Positions 1-11,343 of a stretch of DNA of 44,056 nt are shown in pieces. Origin of the DNA: Faecalibacterium sp. CAG:74. GTDB taxonomy: Bacteria; Verrucomicrobiota; Kiritimatiellia; RFP12; UBA1067. The first letter of the stretch is position 1. Every line of letters starts with the position of its first letter. The notes beneath the pieces were generated by a model. The model worked only from the letters and a program-made list of their open reading frames with translations. It searched no databases and was not told the DNA's origin. Location: positions 1 through 44,056 of the forward strand of contig CAVAHB010000127.1 of NCBI GenBank assembly GCA_963588415.1. The letters run 5' to 3'. The translations under genes were made by a program, and so were the position numbers.

Positions 1-139
1 GTTCCAAATCACACCCAATGTGACCATCTGACAAAAGAACGCCACGCGAATAAAGATTAAAAACACAAGCCGCCACCTGAAACAAGGCGAAGAGCGCGAG
101 TGCCGCGATGATGAGGTATTTGGCTTTACTTGCCTTCAT
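1..139 (-). CDS. hypothetical membrane-anchored protein, N-terminal fragment that runs off the window start
   Basis: ATG at 139 overlaps the end of the upstream oxidoreductase gene by 14 nt. Hand translation gives [46 protein letters not shown], with one hydrophobic helix. It is absent from the ORF track because the window edge truncates it. Confidence 0.35.
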   Translation of the reverse strand, partial: MKASKAKYLIIAALALFALFQVAACVFNLYSRGVLLSDGHIGCDLE

Positions 140-1673
140 GATACTCCTCCTCGGTGTTGACGTTCCAGACGGCGGACTTGTCGGCGGTGCCCGAGACGAG
201 GGCGCGGGCGGCTTCGATCCCGCAGAGCATGGAGTGGTCCATGTTGTTGTAGCGGTGCTGTCCGTTGCGCCCAATGCAGTAAAGATTGGTAAGACTATCG
301 AGATAAGTGCGCACCTCGCCAAACGCGGCATATGTGCCGAAGTAGGCGGGATACGCCTTCCTCACCCGAAGCCGCACGGAATCGAGGACGGGCGTGTCCG
401 CCGCGAGGACCCCTATCTTCCGAAGCTCGCCGACGGCGAAGTCCGTGAACGCCTTGTCGTCCATCTCCCACATCGCGTCGCCCTCCGCGCAGAAGTACTC
501 GAGTCCGATCCAGACGTGCCGCGTCGGGTCGTCGACCATGTAGGGACTCCAGTTGTTGAAGATCTGGATGCGCCCCATGCGCACGTCCCGCTCCTGCACG
601 TAGATCCAGGTGTCGGGGACGAGCCCGTTGAGCGTGAGGAACTTGGTCTGATTCTTTATGGCGAGGCGCCCGACCTTGAGCCCGACCGTCATGAAGTCGC
701 GGTAGGGCAGCCCCTCCGCCACGCGGCGGACATCTTCTGGTACATCGGGTAGCGCGGCAATTAGATCCTTTACAGGCATGGACGAGAACGCCGCGTCGCA
801 GGGGATGACGTCGCCGCCCGCCGTCCGGACGCCGCGCACCCTGCCGCCGTCCAGTTCGAGCCCGACGGCCTTCGTCTCCATGCGGATCTCCACGCCCTTC
901 GCCCTGAGGTCGTCCGCGAGCGCCTCCCAGAGCTGCCCCGGCCCCTTCTTCGGATACATGAACTCCTCGATGAGCGAGGTCTCCTTCTTCCCGCCCTTCG
1001 GGAGAAAGACGTTGAGGAGCGCCTTCCAGAGCGAGAGACCCTTCACGCGCTGCGCACCCCACTCCGGCGAAATCTTCGACGGGTGCACGCCCCAGAGCTT
1101 CTCGGTGTAGTCCTCGAAGAACATCTCGTAGAGGACGCGCCCGAAGCGGTTTATGTAGAAATCTTCGAGGGATTTTTCGGGTCGCTTGACGAGCACACTC
1201 CTGAGATAACTCCAGCCGGCCTTCCACGTCCGTGCGAGCCCCATTGCGGCGAATGTCGAGAGTTTGATGGAAATCGGGTAGTCGAAGAAGTGGCGCAGGT
1301 AGTAGATGCGGCTCACGCGATGACGGCGGAGCATGACGCGGTCCCCCCTCTCCGGGTCGGGTCCGCCCGACTCGACGTTGCAGGCGCGGTTCAGCAACAG
1401 GTCATCCCGCGCGGGTGCGCCCTGAACGGGCATGAGGCGCGTCCAGAGGTCGTTCACCTCTTTTGACTTCGAGAAGAAGCGGTGTCCGCCGATGTCGATG
1501 CGGCAGTTGCCGTGGACGGCGGTTCGTGAAATGCCACCAATGTAAGGCGACTCCTCAAGTATCGTAATCTTCCAACTGGAGTCCAGCCTGAGCAGTTCGT
1601 GCGCGGCGGTCAGTCCCGCGGGACCCGCGCCGATGACGACGGCACGCTTGGAGGTGGTTTCTGTTGTTTTCAT
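126..1673 (-). CDS. FAD/NAD(P)-binding oxidoreductase (amine oxidase / UDP-galactopyranose mutase-like fold)
   Basis: ORF 126..1775, trimmed to the ATG at 1673 ([28 protein letters not shown], a GxGxxG dinucleotide-binding motif at the N-terminus). The C-terminal [18 protein letters not shown] is typical of this flavoenzyme family. The gene sits 14 nt downstream of the gtrA-like gene. Confidence 0.8.
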   Translation of the reverse strand: MKTTETTSKRAVVIGAGPAGLTAAHELLRLDSSWKITILEESPYIGGISRTAVHGNCRIDIGGHRFFSKSKEVNDLWTRLMPVQGAPARDDLLLNRACNVESGGPDPERGDRVMLRRHRVSRIYYLRHFFDYPISIKLSTFAAMGLARTWKAGWSYLRSVLVKRPEKSLEDFYINRFGRVLYEMFFEDYTEKLWGVHPSKISPEWGAQRVKGLSLWKALLNVFLPKGGKKETSLIEEFMYPKKGPGQLWEALADDLRAKGVEIRMETKAVGLELDGGRVRGVRTAGGDVIPCDAAFSSMPVKDLIAALPDVPEDVRRVAEGLPYRDFMTVGLKVGRLAIKNQTKFLTLNGLVPDTWIYVQERDVRMGRIQIFNNWSPYMVDDPTRHVWIGLEYFCAEGDAMWEMDDKAFTDFAVGELRKIGVLAADTPVLDSVRLRVRKAYPAYFGTYAAFGEVRTYLDSLTNLYCIGRNGQHRYNNMDHSMLCGIEAARALVSGTADKSAVWNVNTEEEYHEGK

Positions 1674-1687
1674 GATGTTTTCCGTTT

Positions 1688-2032
1688 TCACCTGAAGATG
1701 ATGAGCTTGCGACCAAGGTAGTTCCAGAGGAGCACGACGGCGGTCACGAAGACCTTCACAAGGCGGTAGTCCCACTCAAGGACGGCGACCCCGAGCCATA
1801 TCCCGAGTTCCGTCCAGAGGAGTCCGAGAAGGCCGATGACGCCGAAGACGAGGAACGCCCCGACGGAGCGTCCCCTGCGGCGGTCCTCCGCCCGCGTGAA
1901 GACGAAGAGGAGGGAAAGGGCGTAGTTGACGGCAAGCCCCGCAAGGAAGCCGCAGACGGTGGAGAGATAGACGCCCGCGGCAAGGCGGCCGAAGAGGAAC
2001 TCCTGCGCGGCGACAAGCGTCCCGAAGTCCAC
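1688..2032 (-). CDS. GtrA-family membrane protein; annotated from a GTG start, but the N-terminus appears disrupted
   Basis: Small polytopic membrane protein. The same frame stays open upstream to 2131 and encodes ...[29 protein letters not shown], a typical GtrA first helix, yet has no ATG/GTG/TTG there. A C10 tract at 2119-2128 separates it by one frame from an ATG-initiated leader ORF (2240..2103). Confidence 0.7.
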   Translation of the reverse strand: MDFGTLVAAQEFLFGRLAAGVYLSTVCGFLAGLAVNYALSLLFVFTRAEDRRRGRSVGAFLVFGVIGLLGLLWTELGIWLGVAVLEWDYRLVKVFVTAVVLLWNYLGRKLIIFR

Positions 2033-2118
2033 GAGGAAGGCGACTCCGCCGACAACGGCGTAGCGCAGGAACTCGCCGAGAAGCGCCGCGAAAACGGCGG
2101 CTCTACCGCACCCTACCT

Positions 2119-2128
2119 GGGGGGGGGG
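2119..2128. repeat. G10 (C10 on the coding strand) homopolymer at the 5' end of the gtrA-like gene
   Basis: Counted directly: G at 2119-2128. Removing one base joins the leader ORF MRETGMAERRVLRTAGVSVGEISARNSTCASSFIEINTPPP to the gtrA frame. Confidence 0.95.
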
Positions 2129-2264
2129 TATTTATTTCAATAAAAGAGGAAGCGCAAGTGCTATTTCTGGCACTTATCTCGCCGACGGACACCCCTGCCG
2201 TGCGCAGCACTCTGCGCTCAGCCATCCCCGTCTCACGCATCTCCGACCTCAATCATTCGCACAT

Positions 2265-2273
2265 AGTATACCA
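2265..2273 (-). promoter_or_regulatory. extended -10 promoter element TGGTATACT for the gtrA-oxidoreductase operon
   Basis: Minus strand reads ATGGTATACT. The ATG at 2240 lies about 25 nt downstream and is preceded by GAGG. The same TGGTAWAMT motif recurs upstream of at least 8 other genes in the window. Confidence 0.5.
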
Positions 2274-2391
2274 TATTTCGTGAAATCGTGCTTTTGCCAC
2301 CCGAAGCGACCCCATCGGAGGTCTCGATGCGCATCGGAGCAACTTTTGGTGCGCACCAGAGCCTCGGACGGTGCGCAAGGAATGCCGCCGC

Positions 2392-4059
2392 TCAGTATGA
2401 CCGACCGTCGCGGCGGCTGAGATAATTGTCGATGGCGTGTTGAAGGACGCGCTCGCCGCCGGGTGTCGGGTAGTCGCCCGTGAAGTACCAGTCGCCCGTC
2501 GTCGCCGGGCATGCCGCACGGAGCGACTCCATCGTCTGGAAGATCACGTCCACCCGCGCATTCATTTCGGGCGGCGTCAGCAACTCGGCAATGGCCTTCG
2601 ACAGGACGGGGAGCGGAATCGCCGCGTAGGCGGCGCGGAGTTCGCCCGGCGTGCGCGGCACTTCGTCGCCGCGCAACTTCAACAGCGCCTTGAAGGCGAC
2701 GAGTTCGCCCAGCGACGACATGTCGATTCCGTAGCAGTCCGGATAGGCGATTGGCGGGGCGGACGAGACGACGACGATGCGCTTCGGCCCGAGCCGGTCG
2801 AGCATCGGAAGAATGGCGTTTCGCATCGTATTGCCGCGCACAATCGAGTCGTCCAAGACGACCAGCGTATCCACGCCCGGCGTGACGAGCCCGTAGGTGA
2901 CGTCGTAGACGTGCTTGTAGAACTCGCGTCGGGCGGCGGCGTCCGCAATGAAGGTGCGGAACTTCGCGTCCTTCACGGCAATCTGCCCGAAGCGGACGGG
3001 CCGCCCCTCTGCGAGGCCTTCAGTCCAGAGGGCCTCCATCAGTCCGTGGAAGGCGACCTGCGCGGAATTGGGGATGTAGCTGAAGAAGGTGTGGGCGAAG
3101 TCGTAGCCGACGGTTTCGAGGATCGGCTTGGCAAGCGCCGCGCCGAGGGCCTTGCGCTCGCGGTGGATGTCCGCGTCGTTTGCACGGGAGAAGTAGATGC
3201 GCTCGAAGACGCAGCTGCGCTTTTCCGCCGCGTCCATGATCTTCACGAACCGCACGTCACCCGAGGGCGAGACGATCATCGCCTCGCCCGGCACGAGTTC
3301 GCGCACGGCCTCGGTGCCGCAGTTGAACGCCGCCTGAATGGCGGGCCGCTCCGACGCCGCAACGGCGACCTCGTCATCGACGTAGCAGTAGCCGGGGCGG
3401 ATTCCGTGCGCGTCCCGAATCGCGAAGCTCCACCCGTCCGCCGTCATTCCGCAGAGCGTGAACGCGCCGTCCAGACGCGGCAAAAGGGACTGAAGAGCCT
3501 GAATGAGGACGTTTCCGCGATCCTCCTCGCCCTGCATTTCCGCGTGGAGCATGCACGAGGCGAGCCATTCGCAGATCAGGTAGCCGTCGGCCTGCGATTC
3601 GGGGAACTTGCCGATGTCGATGTAGGCCTGGAACATCTCGTGGGTGTTCGTCAGGTTGAAGTTCCCGGCGAGGAAGAGCGTGCGGCGCAGGCGCGGAGAC
3701 TTGTGGACGAACGGATGGCAGAAACCGACGTCGCCCTTCCCGTAGGTCGCATAGCGCAGATGGCCGAGGAACAGCGTCTCGCCGATGAGCCGCCGCTTCG
3801 CAATCTGCGAGAGCAGGTCGGCGAGCGGGTTCTCGACGGCAGACTTCAGGATATGATACGCGCTCGACCCCGGTTCGGGATCGAGCGTGAGGGTTGCCGC
3901 ACCGGCGCCGTCCTGCCCGCGATTGTGCTGCTTTTCGAGCAGGAGCGAGAGTTTCGTGCCGCCGAAGTCCGCCGCGCCGTACTTCTCGCGGTAAAAGGCG
4001 GCGCCCTTGCGCAACCGCAAGAGCGTCACCGCACATTCGTGCTTGATTTGGTCCGACAT
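2392..4059 (-). CDS. purF: amidophosphoribosyltransferase
   Basis: ORF 2392..4233, trimmed to the ATG at 4059 (MSDQIKHEC..., a short propeptide before the catalytic N-terminal Cys). Has the class II glutamine amidotransferase fold and the PRPP motif VVLDDSIVRGNT. Confidence 0.9.
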   Translation of the reverse strand: MSDQIKHECAVTLLRLRKGAAFYREKYGAADFGGTKLSLLLEKQHNRGQDGAGAATLTLDPEPGSSAYHILKSAVENPLADLLSQIAKRRLIGETLFLGHLRYATYGKGDVGFCHPFVHKSPRLRRTLFLAGNFNLTNTHEMFQAYIDIGKFPESQADGYLICEWLASCMLHAEMQGEEDRGNVLIQALQSLLPRLDGAFTLCGMTADGWSFAIRDAHGIRPGYCYVDDEVAVAASERPAIQAAFNCGTEAVRELVPGEAMIVSPSGDVRFVKIMDAAEKRSCVFERIYFSRANDADIHRERKALGAALAKPILETVGYDFAHTFFSYIPNSAQVAFHGLMEALWTEGLAEGRPVRFGQIAVKDAKFRTFIADAAARREFYKHVYDVTYGLVTPGVDTLVVLDDSIVRGNTMRNAILPMLDRLGPKRIVVVSSAPPIAYPDCYGIDMSSLGELVAFKALLKLRGDEVPRTPGELRAAYAAIPLPVLSKAIAELLTPPEMNARVDVIFQTMESLRAACPATTGDWYFTGDYPTPGGERVLQHAIDNYLSRRDGRSY

Positions 4060-4076
4060 TCGGAACTCCAATGCGA

Positions 4077-6248
<2,172 letters not shown>

Positions 6249-6305
6249 CTTCGTTTTCCTTTCGCTTCGCCGCCCGAACCACCCGAACGGCTTACATAAA
6301 AGGAA

Positions 6306-6323
6306 TAGCACAGACCGTGCCAA
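6306..6323 (-). promoter_or_regulatory. sigma-54 (-24/-12) promoter candidate for the GS-III gene
   Basis: Minus strand reads TTGGCACGGTCTGTGCTA, against the consensus TGGCACG-N4-TTGCW. The GG-N10-GC spacing is correct. It lies about 58 nt upstream of the ATG at 6248. Confidence 0.6.
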
Positions 6324-6630
6324 CTGCCCTTCTGCGGCGGCGGACTGCCGCTCGGTCGGCACAGGCAGACCAAAAATGTAAATCCGCCGCGACCCCTATT
6401 ACACGCCCCGCACAGACTTTGTAAAACTCCATTCGGACGTGACGGCCGCGGTCGGGGAGGTTCTTCTTCCCATTCAGTTTCAGAATCGCGCCCGACTTTC
6501 CGCGTCAGTTCCACCAAATCTGTCCTCACTTGTCCTCAAACGACTTCCGACGGTGTGAATAATGCCAAATCCGCCCCCGTCTGTCAACGGGGACGGGGAA
6601 AAAATCTTCCCCTTCCGAAGCGCGACGGAC

Positions 6631-6759
6631 TGCACCCGGGTGCAGACACCTTCTGGACCCGGGTGTAGACACCCTCTGCACCCGGGTGTAGACACCCTCT
6701 GCACCCGGGTGTAGACACCCTCTGCACCCGGGTCCAGACACTCTCTGCACCCGGGTGCA
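6631..6759. repeat. six tandem 23-bp repeats, each carrying a 14-bp dyad TGCACCCGGGTGCA or a near variant
   Basis: CCCGGG cores at 6635, 6658, 6681, 6704, 6727 and 6750, an exact 23-bp period. The unit is TGCACCCGGGTGYAGACACCCTC. The first and last copies are perfect 14-bp palindromes. Confidence 0.95.
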
Positions 6760-6918
6760 GTTCGTAGAGAAAATCAACTGCCGAGTTTAGGTTGACAGGA
6801 GGGGTTGTGGCGCGGTGCGGCATCCTAGTACTAAGGAGTACGGGAAGGCCCCATTTGCCTCCGTGGCCAGAATCGGGTCTCGGTAAAAACGGACAAACTC
6901 CAGCCAGCACGATTGCCC

Positions 6919-6948
6919 TTGACCGAAAGCGGCGAATTATGGTAAAAT
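6919..6948 (+). promoter_or_regulatory. sigma-70 type promoter for the aldolase gene
   Basis: TTGACC (6919-6924), an 18-nt spacer ending in TGG, then TAAAAT (6943-6948). It lies about 110 nt upstream of the ATG at 7061. Confidence 0.55.
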
Positions 6949-7060
6949 ACGCGCACTTTTCGGGCTAATGGTCTGTTCATCCGCCGCGCGAAGGTGCGTC
7001 GGGGGGTGGCGGATCGGAAGTCCAACAGGTACATCCAAGCAAAAAATGGAGTAAACAGCA

Positions 7061-8065
7061 ATGAAGAAGACCAGTTACAAGGATCTCGGCCTCGTCAACA
7101 CCAAGAAGATGTTCGCCAAGGCCGTCAAGGGCGGATACGCGATTCCGGCGTTCAACTTCAACACGATGGAGCAAATGCAGGCCATTGTCCAGGCCGCCGT
7201 CGAGACCAAGTCCCCGGTCATCATGCAGGTTTCCAAGGGTGCGCGCAAGTATGCGAACCCGACGATTCTCCGCTACATGGCGCAGGGCGCGGTTGAATAT
7301 GCCAAGGAACTCGGCTGCAAGAAGCCCCAGATCGTCCTCCACCTCGACCACGGCGACAGCTTCGAAACCTGCAAGAGCTGCATCGACAGCGGCTTCTCGT
7401 CCGTCATGATCGACGGTTCGTCGCTTCCGTTCGAGGAGAACATCAAGCTGACGAAGAAGGTCGTCGCCTACGCGCACAAGTATGACGTGACGGTCGAGGC
7501 GGAACTCGGCGTTCTCGCGGGCGTCGAGGACGAGGTCGCGGCGGAAGAGTCGCACTACACGAAGCCCGAGGAAGTGATTGAGTTCGCGACGAAGACGGGC
7601 TGCGATTCGCTCGCGATTTCGATCGGCACCTCGCACGGCGCATACAAGTTCAAGCCCGAGCAGTGCACGCGCGACCCGAAGACGGGCAAGCTGATTCCGC
7701 CGCCGCTCGCGTTCGACGTGCTGAAGGCCGTCGAGAAGAAACTTCCGGGCTTCCCGATCGTCCTGCACGGTTCGTCCAGCGTCCCGCAGGAATACGTCGA
7801 CATCATCAACAAGTTCGGCGGCAAGCTTCCCGACGCGGTCGGCATCCCCGAGGAGCAGCTCCGCAAGGCGGCGAAGAGCGCGGTGTGCAAGATCAACATC
7901 GACAGCGACTCGCGCCTCGCGATGACGGCGGCGATCCGCCAGCACTTCGCGGAACACCCCGACCACTTCGACCCGCGTCAGTACCTCACGCCGGCGCGCG
8001 AGGAAATGAAGAAACTTTACATCCACAAGATTGTGAAGGTTCTCGGTTCGAACAACAAACTCTAA
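7061..8065 (+). CDS. fba: fructose-1,6-bisphosphate aldolase, class II
   Basis: 334 aa. GGAG lies 8 nt upstream of the ATG. Class II aldolase motifs LHLDHG and SIGTSHGAYK are present. Confidence 0.9.
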   Translation: MKKTSYKDLGLVNTKKMFAKAVKGGYAIPAFNFNTMEQMQAIVQAAVETKSPVIMQVSKGARKYANPTILRYMAQGAVEYAKELGCKKPQIVLHLDHGDSFETCKSCIDSGFSSVMIDGSSLPFEENIKLTKKVVAYAHKYDVTVEAELGVLAGVEDEVAAEESHYTKPEEVIEFATKTGCDSLAISIGTSHGAYKFKPEQCTRDPKTGKLIPPPLAFDVLKAVEKKLPGFPIVLHGSSSVPQEYVDIINKFGGKLPDAVGIPEEQLRKAAKSAVCKINIDSDSRLAMTAAIRQHFAEHPDHFDPRQYLTPAREEMKKLYIHKIVKVLGSNNKL

Positions 8066-8075
8066 GTCAAACGAC

Positions 8076-8116
8076 CGAAGGGCGCGTGGAAACGAACACG
8101 CGCCCTTCGTGTATTC
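8076..8116 (+). terminator. putative intrinsic terminator after fba
   Basis: A 13-bp GC-rich stem, CGAAGGGCGCGTG (8076-8088) paired with CACGCGCCCTTCG (8097-8109), with an 8-nt loop. It is followed by TGTATTC, a weak U tract. Confidence 0.5.
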
Positions 8117-8180
8117 AATCGGTATGTCGTCCCGTGCGAGGCGCGGGTGTGGTGAGAGCGAGAGAAAGAAAGGTTTCCAT

Positions 8181-9221
8181 ATGTCCGACAAGAAGGTTTC
8201 CGCGTACGCCAAGGCTGGCGTGAACATCGACAACAAGATGGCCGCACTGACGGCAATCAAGGCGATGGTGGCCGATACGAAGACCCCTCTGACGCTCGGG
8301 GGCATCGGCTCGTTCGGCGGGTTGCACAAGGCGCCGACCGGCAGGGACGGGATTCTCGTCGCCTCGACGGACGGCGTGGGCACGAAACTCAAGGTCGCGG
8401 TGATGATGAACAAGCACGACACCGTCGGGCAGGACATCGTCAACCACTGCGTGAACGACATTCTCGTGCAGGGTGCGAAACCGCTCTTCTTCATGGACTA
8501 CGTGGGCGCGGCGAAGTTCGACGCGGCGCAGTTCAAGTCCGTCGTGAGCGGGCTCTGCAAGGCCTGCAAGGAGAACAAGATGACGCTTCTCGGCGGCGAG
8601 ACCGCCGAAATGCCCGGCCTCTATCCGGTGGGCGAATACGATCTCGTCGGCACGATCGTCGGCTACGTCGCAAAAAAAGACCTGATTACGGGTAAGTCCA
8701 TCCGGGCCGGGGACGTGATCATCGGCTTCCCCTCGGGCGGACTTCAGACGAACGGCTACTCGCTCGCCCGCCGCGTGATTTTCGACCTCTGCCAGTATTC
8801 GCCGCAGGATAAGCTGCCGGGGACAAACCAGACGTTCGGCGACGCGCTGCTCGCCGTCCACAGGAGTTTCCTCAAGCCGGTCGCCAAGCTGATGGAGCGC
8901 AAGGTCAAGATTACGGGCATGGCGCACATCACGGGCGGCGGCTTTCCGGACAACATTCCGCGCGTGCTGCCGAAGGCGGTGAACGCCGAGATCGACCGCA
9001 CCGCCTGGGAAGTGCCGACAATCTTCAAGTTCATCGAACGTCAGGGCAAGGTGGACCACGACGAAATGTACCGCGTGTTCAACATGGGCATCGGTTTCGT
9101 CGTGATTCTGCCGAAGACCCAACTCGACAAGGCTACGAAGATCCTGAAGGCGATGCACCAGCCCTACAATGTGATCGGCGTCATCCGCCGCGGCACGGGC
9201 GTCGTCACCTACAAGGGCTGA
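8181..9221 (+). CDS. purM: phosphoribosylformylglycinamidine cyclo-ligase (AIR synthetase)
   Basis: ORF 8109..9221, trimmed to the ATG at 8181 (MSDKKVSAYAKAGVNID). Motifs DGVGTK and GGETAEMPG are present. Confidence 0.9.
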   Translation: MSDKKVSAYAKAGVNIDNKMAALTAIKAMVADTKTPLTLGGIGSFGGLHKAPTGRDGILVASTDGVGTKLKVAVMMNKHDTVGQDIVNHCVNDILVQGAKPLFFMDYVGAAKFDAAQFKSVVSGLCKACKENKMTLLGGETAEMPGLYPVGEYDLVGTIVGYVAKKDLITGKSIRAGDVIIGFPSGGLQTNGYSLARRVIFDLCQYSPQDKLPGTNQTFGDALLAVHRSFLKPVAKLMERKVKITGMAHITGGGFPDNIPRVLPKAVNAEIDRTAWEVPTIFKFIERQGKVDHDEMYRVFNMGIGFVVILPKTQLDKATKILKAMHQPYNVIGVIRRGTGVVTYKG

Positions 9222-9346
9222 TTGGGGCTTGGCCGGGCTCATCATCCCGGCCCCTCCCGCCCCCAATACCACCAATGACAATCTAATGGCGAAGGAAAAG
9301 ACAGGGGGCACCCTCGTTGACAGGATTACAGGGGCGAAGAATAAAC

Positions 9347-9952
9347 TCAGTTGAGGGAGTTCTTCGACTTGCGGGAAAAGGCGGCCTCGGTCACGGGGTC
9401 CTCCCACGCGAGTTTCGCCCAAGTCGAATTCGACGTCCATACGCGGACGACCTTCCCGTCCGCGACAAGTTGCACGATGCACCCGGCGATTCGTTCGCCG
9501 CGTGTTGATGACGTACTCTTCGTGAAACCCCGCGAACCGCTTGTCGAATGCGACCGGCTCTTCGTCACCCGCGTTGTCGGTGAGACGAGTTCCTGGCTGC
9601 ACGTTCCCGTCTCGGAAAGGGTGAGGTCGTGTTTCTCCGACTTGAGGATTACCGGCTTCATCGACGAATCGCGGTAGCCGACGTAGTAGACGCGCAGTTC
9701 GGACTTCTCGGGCGGGCGTTTGCCGCGATAGCGAACCTCCGCGAGCCACTTCATGCTCTGCTTCAGCGTCTTCGAGGAGCTGCGCGACGTGATGCTCGTC
9801 GGGCGAATCAGGCCGCCGCCGCGCTTGTTGGTAGTCGTTTCGCCGCCCTTCGGCGTGACCTTCAGGAAAGCCTGCCAGTCCTCGTCACCCACAGCCGTGG
9901 CGGACAAAAGCGCCGCGACCGCACACAAAACGAAGATTCCGAACACCCTCAT
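9347..9952 (-). CDS. hypothetical secreted protein
   Basis: ORF 9347..9994, trimmed to the ATG at 9952, which is preceded by GGAGGGGG. Has the signal peptide MRVFGIFVLCAVAALLSATAVG. The sequence is Ser/Thr/Lys-rich and no family was recognised. Confidence 0.55.
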   Translation of the reverse strand: MRVFGIFVLCAVAALLSATAVGDEDWQAFLKVTPKGGETTTNKRGGGLIRPTSITSRSSSKTLKQSMKWLAEVRYRGKRPPEKSELRVYYVGYRDSSMKPVILKSEKHDLTLSETGTCSQELVSPTTRVTKSRSHSTSGSRGFTKSTSSTRGERIAGCIVQLVADGKVVRVWTSNSTWAKLAWEDPVTEAAFSRKSKNSLN

Positions 9953-9969
9953 CGCCTTTCCCCCTCCTC

Positions 9970-11013
9970 TCAGTCGGACGACAGCCGCTCGCACCCCGTC
10001 TCGGTGATGAGAATCAGGTCTTCGATACGAACGCCGAGATTGTCCTCAAGGTAGATTCCCGGCTCGATGGTGACGAGCATACCGGGCTTCAGCACGGTCT
10101 TTCCGCCCTTTCGGGCGACGGGCGACTCGTGGATTTCAATGCCCACACCGTGACCGAGGGCGTGGCCGAAACACTTTCCGAAACCGCCGGCGGCGATGAT
10201 CCGCCGCGCCACCGCGTCCAGTTCGCCACACGTCATGCCGGGCTTTGCCGCCGCAATCGCCGCACGGTTCGCCTGCTCGACGAGCGCATAGACCTTGCGG
10301 TAGAGGGGCGCAGGACGCTTCGGCACGAGGTTGCGCGTCAAATCCGAACAGTAGCCGCCCAACTTCACGCCCATGTCAACGAGGACCGGTTCGCGCCCGT
10401 TCCACACCGTGTCGTCGGGAACGTGGTGGCATTCCGCCGCGTTCCTGCCGATGCAGACGATGGTCTCGAACGCCTCGCCCTCGCCCTTTTCAATCATGAG
10501 GTGCTGAATTTGCCGCGCCATTTCGCGTTCGGTCATACCGGGACGGAAGGCGGCACTCGCCTCCTTCCAGATGGCGCAGTCGAGGGCTTCCGCCGCACGG
10601 AGGCGCACAATCTCGTCCGCCGTCTTCACGGCGCGAAGGTCGAGCAGGTCGTCCGAGACATCCACGAACCGCGCCGACTTGTGCGCCGTGCGGAGTTGTT
10701 CGAAGCGGGCGTGGGAGAGCGCGGCGAATTCGCACCCGATTCGCTTCGCGTCGAAGGCGACCCGACGGATGTCGCCCACCTTCAGCCAGGGGGCGACGCG
10801 GTGAACCATCGGCACGTAGCGGAAGTCGGTGTAGAACTTCAGCGCGGCACTTTTGCGTGCGAATGGCCGAATCAACAGCGTCGCATTGTCACAGACGACG
10901 CCCGTGAGCGAGCGCAAGTTCGCTTCACCCGAAACGAGTACCGCATCCAACCTCTTCCGCGTCGCCAGCGCAACGAAGGCGTTCAACCGGTCTTCAAACG
11001 GATTCTTCTTCAT
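9970..11013 (-). CDS. M24-family Xaa-Pro aminopeptidase/dipeptidase
   Basis: 347 aa. Contains the M24B metal-ligand motifs HGVGIEIHE, EPGIY and IEDLILIT. Confidence 0.85.
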   Translation of the reverse strand: MKKNPFEDRLNAFVALATRKRLDAVLVSGEANLRSLTGVVCDNATLLIRPFARKSAALKFYTDFRYVPMVHRVAPWLKVGDIRRVAFDAKRIGCEFAALSHARFEQLRTAHKSARFVDVSDDLLDLRAVKTADEIVRLRAAEALDCAIWKEASAAFRPGMTEREMARQIQHLMIEKGEGEAFETIVCIGRNAAECHHVPDDTVWNGREPVLVDMGVKLGGYCSDLTRNLVPKRPAPLYRKVYALVEQANRAAIAAAKPGMTCGELDAVARRIIAAGGFGKCFGHALGHGVGIEIHESPVARKGGKTVLKPGMLVTIEPGIYLEDNLGVRIEDLILITETGCERLSSD

Positions 11014-11022
11014 CTCTTCACC

Positions 11023-11343
11023 TCAATTCTGCAACAGTCCGCCCATTGCGGGCATCTCGACGGTCTCCCTCACGGTCAATTGCTCCGAACCGATGATGTA
11101 TTCACAGGCCAGCGGTTCGAACTCGACCGTGTCGCGCTTCGTGGCCGACGAATAACCGGTTCCGAAGCCGCTCAGGGCCTTCACGCCCGCCTCGCGGCGG
11201 ACGGTTCGCTGCATGTCGAGTGAACTCAGGATATAGGAAGTGAAACCGAAAAGCGCCGCGAGGACGAGCGCGAGCGCGAACATTCCCAGCGCGAGTTCAA
11301 TCATCGCCTGACCCGGACGGTGCGCCGTGCGTTCAGTGGCCAT
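11023..11343 (-). CDS. TadE-like pseudopilin
   Basis: ORF 11023..11370, trimmed to the ATG at 11343, which overlaps the upstream stop by 11 nt. The N-terminus RPGQAMIELALGMFALALVLAAL resembles TadE/Flp-processed pseudopilins. Confidence 0.55.
   Translation of the reverse strand: MATERTAHRPGQAMIELALGMFALALVLAALFGFTSYILSSLDMQRTVRREAGVKALSGFGTGYSSATKRDTVEFEPLACEYIIGSEQLTVRETVEMPAMGGLLQN

Noticed and set aside
2168-2182. A sigma-54-like TGGCAC-N8-GC match on the plus strand (CTGGCACTTATCTCGC)
   Set aside because: The spacing is correct, but the -12 element is TCGC. It points into the antisense of the purF 3' end with no plus-strand gene downstream, and it lies inside the gtrA leader ORF on the other strand. 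It is most likely a chance match.
6583-6606. The hairpin CCCCGTC-N9-GACGGGG followed by an A run in the glnN-fba intergenic region, considered as a terminator
   Set aside because: On the plus strand it is followed by A residues rather than T residues. On the minus strand the T run precedes the stem. There is no upstream gene to terminate in either orientation.
9231-9252. The hairpin GGCCGGG-N8-CCCGGCC between the convergent purM and hypothetical genes, considered as an intrinsic terminator
   Set aside because: The stem is only 7 bp, and no T tract follows it on either strand. It was not annotated.
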